Below, in pieces: positions 1 to 7,219 of a stretch of DNA of 19,491 nucleotides. A model generated the notes under the pieces. That model saw only the letters and a program-made list of their open reading frames with translations, searched no databases and was not told the DNA's origin. A program made the position numbers and the translations under genes. Position 1 is the stretch's first letter, and every line of letters begins with the position of its first letter. The stretch is from assembly GCA_030754595.1 (NCBI GenBank), contig JASLZZ010000099.1, forward strand, positions 1 through 19,491, given 5' to 3'. Origin of the DNA: Nitrospinota bacterium (GTDB taxonomy: Bacteria; UBA8248).

Positions 1-432
1 AAGGATATCCGCCGCCATGAGCATCGGGTAGTAGTAGAGGCCGACCGAGGCGGCGATCCCCCGCTGGACCTTGTCCTTGTAAGAGGTGGCGCGGTCAAGG
101 AGCCCCTTGGCCGTCACGGCGGAGAGCACCCAAGCCAGCTCGGCCACCTCGGGCACGTCGCTCTGTCGGAAGAAGACGGCCTTGGCGGGATCGAGGCCGA
201 GGGCGAGGTAGTCGAGGGCGACGTCGAGGGTCTGGCCCTCGAGCACCTCGCGCTCCTGTACCGTGGTCATCGCATGGAAATTGGCGATGAAATAAAAGGC
301 CTCGCCCTCGTCCTGGAGGGCGATGTGCTGCCTGAGGGCGCCGAAGTAGTTGCCCAGGTGCAGCCTGCCCGAAGGCTGGACGCCCGAGAGAAATCTCACA
401 GGCCCTTTTTTCTTGCCGCTGTCGTCCGCCAT
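1..432 (-). CDS. trpS: Tryptophan--tRNA ligase, N-terminal part (runs off the window start)
   Basis: Not in the ORF track. Manual translation from ATG at 432 (AGAGGA SD-like upstream) gives MADDSGKKKGPVRFLSGVQPSGRLHLGNYFGALRQHIALQ...FFRQSDVPEVAELAWVL...GLYYYPMLMAADIL. It contains the SGxQPSG-x-LHLGNY (HIGH) and YPxLMAADIL signatures of TrpRS. Confidence 0.97.
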   Translation of the reverse strand, partial: MADDSGKKKGPVRFLSGVQPSGRLHLGNYFGALRQHIALQDEGEAFYFIANFHAMTTVQEREVLEGQTLDVALDYLALGLDPAKAVFFRQSDVPEVAELAWVLSAVTAKGLLDRATSYKDKVQRGIAASVGLYYYPMLMAADIL

Positions 433-453
433 CGTCCTCTCAAATGAAACCGG

Positions 454-1125
454 TTACAAAAGACCGAAAATCCGCAGAATGTTCCCGGCCAACACCTGCT
501 CGGCGAGCATGAGTGTTCTGTATATCGGTCCCATGATCCAGTGTAAACCTCCGATCAGGAGCAGGCCCATGACGATGAAAAAGCCGTAGGCCTCGGTCTG
601 GCCGTAGCGCCATGCCCACCGCCGGGGCAGAAGACCCATCAGTATCCGCCCGCCGTCGAAGGGCAGGATGGGAATCAGGTTGAAGGCCGCCAGCGCCGTG
701 TTCACCCGGTAACTCGCCACGATCATCAAGGCGGCGGGCTGGCCGATGAATCCCTCGTGGAGTTCGAAGCGGGCCACGAAGTGAAGGACGATGAGGCTCG
801 CGATGGCCAGGAGAAAATTCGTCACCGGCCCCGCGAGCGCCACCCACATCATCCCCCGGTGGGGGTTGCACAGGTTGTTGATATCCACCGGGACGGGCTT
901 GGCCCATCCGAAACCGACCCCCGCGGCCATCGAGACGGCGAAGGCGAGCGTGCCCATCGGGTCGAGGTGAACGAGAGGGTTCAGGCTCAGCCGCCCCATC
1001 CGCCGCGCCGTCGGGTCGCCGAGTTTGTCGGCCGCCCAGCCGTGAGCCACTTCGTGGAGGGTGAGGGCGAAGAGAATCGCCGGCAGGGCGATGACAAGCT
1101 GCTGGATATAATCCGATGAGAACAA
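454..1125 (-). CDS. Site-2 protease family (peptidase M50) membrane zinc metalloprotease
   Basis: HEVAH (HExxH), LSLNPLVHLDP, GWAKPVPV, AGPVTN and FNLIPILPFDGG motifs. The likely start is TTG at 1125 (GAGAAGG upstream), not 1290. An S2P gene upstream of trpS is a common arrangement. Confidence 0.93.
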   Translation of the reverse strand: MFSSDYIQQLVIALPAILFALTLHEVAHGWAADKLGDPTARRMGRLSLNPLVHLDPMGTLAFAVSMAAGVGFGWAKPVPVDINNLCNPHRGMMWVALAGPVTNFLLAIASLIVLHFVARFELHEGFIGQPAALMIVASYRVNTALAAFNLIPILPFDGGRILMGLLPRRWAWRYGQTEAYGFFIVMGLLLIGGLHWIMGPIYRTLMLAEQVLAGNILRIFGLL

Positions 1126-1146
1126 AACGCGCCTTCTCGTTAGCGC

Positions 1147-1252
1147 CCCGGCGGGGACCGTCCCGGTCGGGGGATCGTCCCGGCAGGGGGCGGAGGCGAA
1201 CAAAAACCCGGCGGGGACTGGTCCCGGCGGAGACTGCCCCAGCAGGGGCCGA
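1147..1252. repeat. Imperfect direct repeat (about 47 bp x2, period 60) made of GC-rich CCCGGCGGGGAC-like subunits in the S2P-trpS leader
   Basis: Copy 1 (1147-1194) is CCCGGCGGGGACCGTCCCGGTCGGGGGATCGTCCCGGCAGGGGGCGGA. Copy 2 (1207-1252) is CCCGGCGGGGACTGGTCCCGGCGGAGACTGCCCCAGCAGGGGCCGA. Confidence 0.75.
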
Positions 1253-1293
1253 ACGCAACCCTCCCCCCGGGGAGGGCCCAAAAAAATCAATGG

Positions 1294-1322
1294 ATTTTAG
1301 GGCTTGGGGGGAGAGCGGTCAA
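1294..1322 (-). promoter_or_regulatory. Sigma70-type promoter for S2P-trpS
   Basis: Minus strand reads TTGACC (1322-1317), 17-nt spacer, TAAAAT (1299-1294); each box matches consensus at 5/6. Confidence 0.75.
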
Positions 1323-1333
1323 CGCATGGGGTT

Positions 1334-1366
1334 GCCCCCCCCCAAGAGAGGTCTCCGGGGGGGGGC
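1334..1366. terminator. G-C9/G9-C hairpin downstream of the lipoprotein gene; possible terminator or processing stem
   Basis: GCCCCCCCCC-AAGAGAGGTCTCC-GGGGGGGGGC. There is no U-tract on the minus strand, so a termination role is uncertain. Confidence 0.35.
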
Positions 1367-1414
1367 TGTTGGTCAAAGACCAAGGTTTGAGGGAATCAGG
1401 CACACCTACTTTGC

Positions 1415-2869
1415 CTATTTCCTTTTTCCAATTTCCTTCAATTCACTCGCGATACTTTTACCCGCTGAAACCAGCTTTTCGAGTTCGGTGAGAAAAACAT
1501 CCAATTCGTCACCCTTCTTTACAATTTTATCGTGGATCGCTTTCAACTCATATTTCAAATTTAATTTTTTCCCAGGGTCTTTTTTTAATAGGAATTCAGC
1601 ATGTTTTTGTCCCCCCAAGATACCTTGGGAATCAGCTATTTTCAAAGCGGCGGCAACAATGGCTTTTAGCTGCACGGAGCCCAACTTTTTAAGCTGGGTG
1701 TCGATAAGATTCAAACGGGCGGTCACATTTGCGGCCTCTCCGTCCGTGATTTTTTTCGCCGTCTTCAGCGTGGCGACTTCTTTTTTCAAGGCAGCGACGG
1801 ATTTTTTCACGGAAGCTTCCATCTTCGCTCCGATTATTCCCGATTCCGGAATTTTTTCTTTGAGCTCGAAGGAGGGGTTGGGCCCTTCGAGCAGTTCTTC
1901 CTCCTCCAGTTTTCTCTTGACCTTCGCGGCTCTCTCGGCGGTCGCGGTTTCTAATTTTCCGATATCTTTTTGAAGGCCAATGGCCTTACGCAATGTTTCT
2001 CGAGCCGCTGTCATGCCAGGATCGCGCACCGTTTTTATCGAATCCGCCGCCTCTTCCATGCCCGCGTTGAGCGTGCACTGGTTGTGATAGTCGAGCGCAT
2101 CCCGAATGGCCGCCTGAACGTTGTACTTATTAATATTTCGTCCTTGTTTGCCGCGAATCGCTTTGAGCTTTCTATCTCGCCTGGAATCAATACCGGGCGT
2201 AATCACGTGGACAGCCACATCCTTGAAAAAAGCCTGAGAAAATTCCGCATCAACGCCGCTTGTGATACCACTGAGGCTGCCCAAAATGCGGGCGCCCGAC
2301 GCCCCGGTAACAATCGCGGACGCGCCCCCCAAAACAATAGAGGTCATTTCATAACCTCTTTCGCGGAATCTTCGTCCGTCAAAGGCCTTGATTTTATCGG
2401 CCTTCTCACAGGGGTGGAAACCTCGGGAATGGGTTATGAAATGACTTCTAGACAATCCGCCCAACAAAAAACTTTCATAGGAATCTATGCGCCTCAAATA
2501 GTCCTTATAAAAATTACAAGCCTGTTGTGAAGCGAGGATTAATCTCTCCTGAATTCGATTCCAGTGAATGCCTTTTTTGTCGTACCCGTCCGCTTTATAA
2601 AAAGCCCGTTCTAGGTCTAAAGCTGTTAGGGTTTTCTCCTTTAATATTTCCTTACCTAAATTCAGCTTATCATCTGGATCCAGCACGGCGACGAGGCGCG
2701 CATCGTCAAACTTTTCGATTGATTCCAGAAACGGTTGATTTGCCCCTGCGATATTCACCCCTTTACCGAACAAAGTGAATTCCCTGCTGTTGCCATTAAG
2801 GCCACAGCCCGTCGCCACCAACACAAAACAACAAAAAATGAAAAATCCAAGTGATTTGAACCGTTTCAT
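1415..2869 (-). CDS. Hypothetical lipoprotein with a Lys/Glu-rich helical C-terminus; carries an in-frame MITE
   Basis: ATG at 2869 with AGGAGA upstream. MKRFKSLGFFIFCCFVLVATG-C is a signal peptide II with a lipobox-like Cys. The gene is visibly AT-richer than its neighbours. Confidence 0.8.
   Translation of the reverse strand: MKRFKSLGFFIFCCFVLVATGCGLNGNSREFTLFGKGVNIAGANQPFLESIEKFDDARLVAVLDPDDKLNLGKEILKEKTLTALDLERAFYKADGYDKKGIHWNRIQERLILASQQACNFYKDYLRRIDSYESFLLGGLSRSHFITHSRGFHPCEKADKIKAFDGRRFRERGYEMTSIVLGGASAIVTGASGARILGSLSGITSGVDAEFSQAFFKDVAVHVITPGIDSRRDRKLKAIRGKQGRNINKYNVQAAIRDALDYHNQCTLNAGMEEAADSIKTVRDPGMTAARETLRKAIGLQKDIGKLETATAERAAKVKRKLEEEELLEGPNPSFELKEKIPESGIIGAKMEASVKKSVAALKKEVATLKTAKKITDGEAANVTARLNLIDTQLKKLGSVQLKAIVAAALKIADSQGILGGQKHAEFLLKKDPGKKLNLKYELKAIHDKIVKKGDELDVFLTELEKLVSAGKSIASELKEIGKRK
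2340..2448. mobile_element. MITE (109 bp) with 17-bp terminal inverted repeats and TA target duplication, inserted in frame
   Basis: Left end GAGGTCATTTCATAACC (2340-2356) and right end GGTTATGAAATGACTTC (2432-2448) match at 16/17. TA flanks both sides (2338-2339, 2449-2450). 109+2 = 111 bp = 37 codons. Confidence 0.88.
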
Positions 2870-2954
2870 CGCATGTCTCCTCACGACGTTAGGGTCGGCC
2901 ACGTGGACAAGCCGAGCGAGCAAACGTGTAAATTAACTCAAATTATATAATTAT

Positions 2955-2984
2955 ATTATATATACCCATATATTATATCTTCAA
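2955..2984 (-). promoter_or_regulatory. Putative sigma70 promoter in an AT-rich block upstream of the lipoprotein gene
   Basis: Minus strand TTGAAG (2984-2979), 18-nt spacer, TATAAT (2960-2955). The adjacent palindrome AATTATATAATT is at 2941-2952. Confidence 0.5.
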
Positions 2985-3000
2985 GTGAACCATTTCAACC

Positions 3001-3036
3001 AAAAAAAGCCCGGAGGCCGCTTGGCCCCCGGGCTTT
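3001..3036 (-). terminator. Rho-independent terminator of the nitroreductase gene
   Basis: Minus strand AAAGCCCGGGGGCC-AAGC-GGCCTCCGGGC followed by T7, about 25 nt after the stop codon. Confidence 0.85.
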
Positions 3037-3060
3037 CAGGCAAACTGAAACGGGTCTCGA

Positions 3061-3630
3061 TCAGGGCTTGCCCGGCGCTCCGAATTCGTCGAAGAAGAAA
3101 ATTTCCTCGGGCAGTTTGCGGACGCTGGGCCGATTGGCCTTGGCCTGCATTTCCTCTGAAAGATCCTCGACCTTTCCGGGCTCACCGACGCCGAAGAGCG
3201 CCGCCACACGGTAAGGGTCGGGAATATCGAAATTGGCGCGCACCTTCTCCTCGTCCCAACCCGCCATCGCGTGCGCGGTCAGGCCCAGCTCGCATCCCTG
3301 AATGAGCATGTTCTCGAGGGCGAGACCCACATCGAGGAGCCAGCGATCCTGGCCGAACCGGGGGGGCTGCTCCTCGGGGTTCCCGATGATGACCATTTTC
3401 ACGGGCGCCTCGGTGGCCCACTTTTTGTTGTTATCGCTGAGGGCGTCGTCGAATTTCTTGTGCGCCTCGGGGGAGCGGACCACGAGGATGCGCCAGGGCT
3501 GTTTGTTCGCCGAGGAGGGCCCCCAGCGAAAGGCTTCGAGCATGGTTTCGAGCTGCTCGGAGGTGGGCGGCTTGCCGCTGAAGGCGATTCCGCTCGTTCT
3601 GCTTCGTAGGACAGGATGAATCTCCGCCAT
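3061..3630 (-). CDS. Nitroreductase family flavoprotein
   Basis: RTS..F start, WGPSSANKQPWR motif, DVGLALENMLIQGCELGL and HAMAGWD motifs. Confidence 0.92.
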   Translation of the reverse strand: MAEIHPVLRSRTSGIAFSGKPPTSEQLETMLEAFRWGPSSANKQPWRILVVRSPEAHKKFDDALSDNNKKWATEAPVKMVIIGNPEEQPPRFGQDRWLLDVGLALENMLIQGCELGLTAHAMAGWDEEKVRANFDIPDPYRVAALFGVGEPGKVEDLSEEMQAKANRPSVRKLPEEIFFFDEFGAPGKP

Positions 3631-3866
3631 TTTGGTTCACCTACTCCGTATCGAATTCTCTGAAAACGTCTCCGAAAATCCGCGGCATCATACACATTTT
3701 CCCCAAAATTTCCAGGGATTCTCCTTCACGGCTCAAACGCGAACGCCCTCCTCCGCCCGGGCCGAAACGCGGGACCTCTAATTCGGAATCGAAAACAAGC
3801 CGTTGGGGTTGGTTGAGGCTGGCCGGTTTCGGGCGGCGACTCGCGGCCCCGCTCAGCCCGGAGAAA

Positions 3867-4943
3867 CTATACAAGGGGCAAGTCGATTGGGCGGTTTTCC
3901 GCGGCGCTCCGCTCGATCGCCAGGGTGACATCGAGGGTTTGACGCGCCTCCTCGGGCCGCGTGTTGGGAATCGTGCGGCCCGTGGCCGCGTGTTCCAGGA
4001 ACAAACGCGTCTCATCGCGCATGGGCCCCCAGAACTCCCCGAGGGACCAATCGCCCGCCATCATCGACTCGAGAAAGACCACGTCCGAGGTGGCGTCCGG
4101 CGCATAGGGCGAGGGCACGCCTTTTTTCGTCGCCAGGATGACGCCCTTGTGCGAGTCGTCGATGACAATCGCCCCGTCCGTTCCCATGATGTCCATCCCC
4201 ATCGTGGTGATGGGGGCGGGCCAGTTATCCGGAAAAATCCACGAGCACCCGAAACTGATGTTGCTCCCGTCGTCCAGGGTGACGATCGCCCAGGCCCAGT
4301 CGCCCACGTTGTTGGGATGGGGGAAAATCTTGCTCCCGCCCTGGGCGTAGACCCGGACGGGCTTTCGGCCCTCGAAGTACCAGAGCCCGATATCCACCAC
4401 ATAGGTCAGCGTATCGGTCACCGGACTCGCATGGGGGGACCGCGCATATATCTCCTTGCCGTTGGATTGGGGGTTGTAGAGACTCATCCGGGCGGTGAGA
4501 AGCCGTCCCAGCCGCCCCTGGTTGATCTGCTCCTTGGCGTTGAGATAGCGCCGCCTGAGGCGCTGGGTGTAGCCGACATGGAGGTCGCCGCCGTAGCGGC
4601 GCACGGCCCCGAGGATGCGGTCCGCCGCATCGAGGGACAGATCCAGGGGTTTTTCGACGAGAACAACCTTCCCCAACTCGAGCGCCCGGCAAACCGGATC
4701 GGCGTGCGCGTGCTCGGGGGTAGAGACGATTACGGCGTCCACCTCCGGATGAGAGAGCACCGCCTCGTTGTCGCCGGAATGAAAATCGGCCTTGACCTCG
4801 TCCGCGACCGTCGCGGCGCGGCCCGCGTCCGCGTCCGAGAGGGCGAGGAACCCCACCCTCGGATCTCCGGCCGTGAGATTCGCGCGCAGGCGGCCCATCC
4901 GCCCGCTGCCGATGATCCCGACTCCGATTTTTTTTTCCGCCAT
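3867..4943 (-). CDS. Gfo/Idh/MocA family NAD(P)-dependent oxidoreductase (paralogue 2)
   Basis: GIIGSGRMG Rossmann motif, VSTPEHAH, VLVEKP and HVGYTQR. Confidence 0.92.
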   Translation of the reverse strand: MAEKKIGVGIIGSGRMGRLRANLTAGDPRVGFLALSDADAGRAATVADEVKADFHSGDNEAVLSHPEVDAVIVSTPEHAHADPVCRALELGKVVLVEKPLDLSLDAADRILGAVRRYGGDLHVGYTQRLRRRYLNAKEQINQGRLGRLLTARMSLYNPQSNGKEIYARSPHASPVTDTLTYVVDIGLWYFEGRKPVRVYAQGGSKIFPHPNNVGDWAWAIVTLDDGSNISFGCSWIFPDNWPAPITTMGMDIMGTDGAIVIDDSHKGVILATKKGVPSPYAPDATSDVVFLESMMAGDWSLGEFWGPMRDETRLFLEHAATGRTIPNTRPEEARQTLDVTLAIERSAAENRPIDLPLV

Positions 4944-4947
4944 TTGT

Positions 4948-6039
4948 TCAGCCTTTCAGCGGCAGTTCGACGAGCGACCCGCCCTCTTTCGCGCTTTTCT
5001 CCATCGCCATCGCGAGTTCCAGAACCGCCCGGCCCGATTCCCCGCCGCAGAGCGGTATTTCGCGCCCCGTCGTCACACGCTCTAGGAACAGGCGCGTCTC
5101 ATCGCGCATGGGGCCGTAAAAATCCCCCATCGCCCAATCGCCCGGCATCGCCGAGCCGAGGAAGGCCACCTCGACGGAGGAATCCGGCGCGTAGGGTGAG
5201 GGTATCGCTTCGTTCGTCACCATCATGACTTCCTTATGGGAGTCGTCCACCGAGACGGCCCCCTCGCTTCCGAAAATCTCCATCCCGATGCTCGCGACGT
5301 AGGCGGGCCAGCGCTCGGGTAGAATACACGAGCTGCCCAGGTTGACGGCCGCACCGTCCTCGAAGGTGACGATGGCCCAGCCGTAATCGCCGAGGCCGGC
5401 CGGGTGTTCGGAGAAAACCTCGCTCCCGCCCTGCGCGTAGACGCGGACGGGCTTCCGGGGAGCGAAGAACCAGAGCGCCATGTCGGCCATATAGGTGAGC
5501 TCGTTGGTGAAGGGTGTCGAGTGCGGCGTACGGGCGTGAATCTGGCGGGTCACCGCGCGGGAGCTGTATATCGTCAACCGCGCGGACATCACCTCGCCCA
5601 GGCGGCCGGCGTCGATGTGCTCTTTAATCGAGAGAAAACGCCGCCTCATCCGCTGCGTATAGCCGATATAAAGATCGGCCCCTGATTTCGCCCTCGACTC
5701 GAGGATGCGGTCGGCGTCGTCGAGAGACAGGGATATGGGCTTTTCGACGAGCACGGGCTTGCCCAACTCGAGCGCCCGGCAAACCGAATCGGTGTGCTCG
5801 CCCTCGGGCGTCGAAACGATGAGGGCGTCCACGTTCGGGTTTTCGATGACGGCCCGGTTGTCGTCCGTGAAGTAGGCGGCCTCGCACTGCTGGGCCAGGG
5901 CCTCGGCCTTGGCGGAATCGATGTCCGAAATCGCCAGATAGTTCACGGCGGGGCTCGTGGACGAAAGATGGGCCCTGATCGAGCCCATGCGCCCCGCGCC
6001 GATCAAACCGATTCCGACCACGGGCTTACGCTCTGCCAT
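4948..6039 (-). CDS. Gfo/Idh/MocA family NAD(P)-dependent oxidoreductase (paralogue 1)
   Basis: GLIGAGRMG, VSTPEGEH, VLVEKP and YIGYTQR; GGAGGA SD upstream; ends 4 nt before the paralogue starts. Confidence 0.92.
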   Translation of the reverse strand: MAERKPVVGIGLIGAGRMGSIRAHLSSTSPAVNYLAISDIDSAKAEALAQQCEAAYFTDDNRAVIENPNVDALIVSTPEGEHTDSVCRALELGKPVLVEKPISLSLDDADRILESRAKSGADLYIGYTQRMRRRFLSIKEHIDAGRLGEVMSARLTIYSSRAVTRQIHARTPHSTPFTNELTYMADMALWFFAPRKPVRVYAQGGSEVFSEHPAGLGDYGWAIVTFEDGAAVNLGSSCILPERWPAYVASIGMEIFGSEGAVSVDDSHKEVMMVTNEAIPSPYAPDSSVEVAFLGSAMPGDWAMGDFYGPMRDETRLFLERVTTGREIPLCGGESGRAVLELAMAMEKSAKEGGSLVELPLKG

Positions 6040-6211
6040 GCATCCTCCCCGGACAATTCATAAAATGATTCCGAATCCTAACAGGGCACAGGGAGCCGGG
6101 CAAGATTCCCGAAAAATTCTTCGGCGGGCGTTTTCCGAAAACGGGCGGCGTAGTGTACCTTTCGGGAGTCATCCGACCAGACATACAACTCGGAATAGAA
6201 CCGGAGGAATC

Positions 6212-7132
6212 ATGGCGAATCGCGCGCGCAACAAACCGATCATCGGATTCATCGGCCTGGGCCTGATGGGCCGGGCTTTTTCAAAAAACCTCATCGCGGA
6301 CGGCCACCGCGTCTTCGGATGCGACCCGGACCGCGCCGCGCGGGCGAAATTCAAGCGGCTGGGCGGGGAGCCGGCGGCCTCTCCGCGGGAGGTGGCCGAG
6401 GAGGCGGACATCGTTATGATTTCCGTGCCCAATTCTAAAATCTCGATTCAGGCGAGCCGGGGGAAAGAGGGATTTCTCGCCTTTGCGAAGGAAAAGGCCC
6501 CTGCTCTCATATGCGACACAACCACGGCGGACCCGGAGGACAGCCGCCGCCTCGCCGTCATGTGCAAGAAAAAGGGAGTCGATTACCTGGACGCCTGTGT
6601 GAGCGGGCACAGCGAAAACGTGAAGAACCGCGTCGGCCTACTCATTGCCGGCGGGCCGGAGCGGGCCTATAAAAAAGTGTCCCCGATATTCGGGAAACTC
6701 CTCGACGATCAGATCTACTGCGGCCCCTCGGGGTCGGGCGCGACGATGAAGGTGCTGATCAACTACCTCACCTGCCTCCAGCGGTGCGCCATCGCCGAGA
6801 CCATCCGCATGGGCCTTCGGTCCGGGGTAAAGGGCGGCGTCCTCTTCAAGGCGCTCCACCGCAGCGCGGCCGACAGCCGTCAGCTCCGGAACCGGGGCCA
6901 GCGGATGATCAAGCGGCGGTACACCAATCCCGTCAGCGCCGTCACCGTCCTTCACAAGGATATCAACCTCGGGATGACACTTGCCAAGAGGAGCAAGTCC
7001 ATCACCCCAATCGGGTCCGCCAGCCTCCCCTTCTACGACGAAGCCCTCAGTTCGGGTTACGGCGAGCTCGACAGCGCGGTCGTCTACAAAGTGTTCGAGG
7101 ACCGGGAAAAAAAGAAAAAGAGGAGTCGCTAG
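6212..7132 (+). CDS. NAD(P)-dependent beta-hydroxyacid dehydrogenase (3-hydroxyisobutyrate/tartronate-semialdehyde reductase family)
   Basis: Start ATG at 6212 with GGAGGA SD. IGFIGLGLMG, DACVSG, GSGATMKVLIN (catalytic Lys) and KDINLG motifs. Confidence 0.9.
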   Translation: MANRARNKPIIGFIGLGLMGRAFSKNLIADGHRVFGCDPDRAARAKFKRLGGEPAASPREVAEEADIVMISVPNSKISIQASRGKEGFLAFAKEKAPALICDTTTADPEDSRRLAVMCKKKGVDYLDACVSGHSENVKNRVGLLIAGGPERAYKKVSPIFGKLLDDQIYCGPSGSGATMKVLINYLTCLQRCAIAETIRMGLRSGVKGGVLFKALHRSAADSRQLRNRGQRMIKRRYTNPVSAVTVLHKDINLGMTLAKRSKSITPIGSASLPFYDEALSSGYGELDSAVVYKVFEDREKKKKRSR

Positions 7133-7165
7133 CCCCCCCCCGGAATATTTTTTTGCAATACAAAC

Positions 7166-7199
7166 AAAAAACCCCGCGGCTAAAGCGCCGCGGGGTTTT
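7166..7199. terminator. Bidirectional intrinsic terminator between convergent genes
   Basis: AAAAAACCCCGCGGC-TAAAGC-GCCGCGGGGTTTT: a perfect stem with A-tract and T-tract flanks. Confidence 0.9.
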
Positions 7200-7219
7200 A
7201 CTTTGGAAGAAAATCCCGT

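Noticed and set aside
1147..1252. CRISPR array (also considered for 19100-19167)
   Set aside because: Only 2-3 degenerate units, no unique spacers of regular length and no cas genes.
1126..1290. T-box riboswitch or Trp leader peptide upstream of trpS; also the 55-aa N-terminal extension of the S2P ORF
   Set aside because: No GGTGGNACC-type T-box sequence or Trp-codon leader is visible. The ORF-track start at 1290 lies at about the predicted TSS, and the extension is Pro/Gly-rich repeat translation.
3641..4015. Small minus-strand ORF between the Gfo gene and the nitroreductase
   Set aside because: It overlaps the Gfo gene out of frame and has no motifs; the free part looks like promoter/intergenic DNA.
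3813..5228. Long plus-strand ORF (471 aa) and similar ones (1116..1973, 7250..8005, 8724..9839, 16599..17495, 18325..19260)
   Set aside because: These are antisense shadows of well-supported genes, expected in high-GC DNA, with no recognisable motifs.
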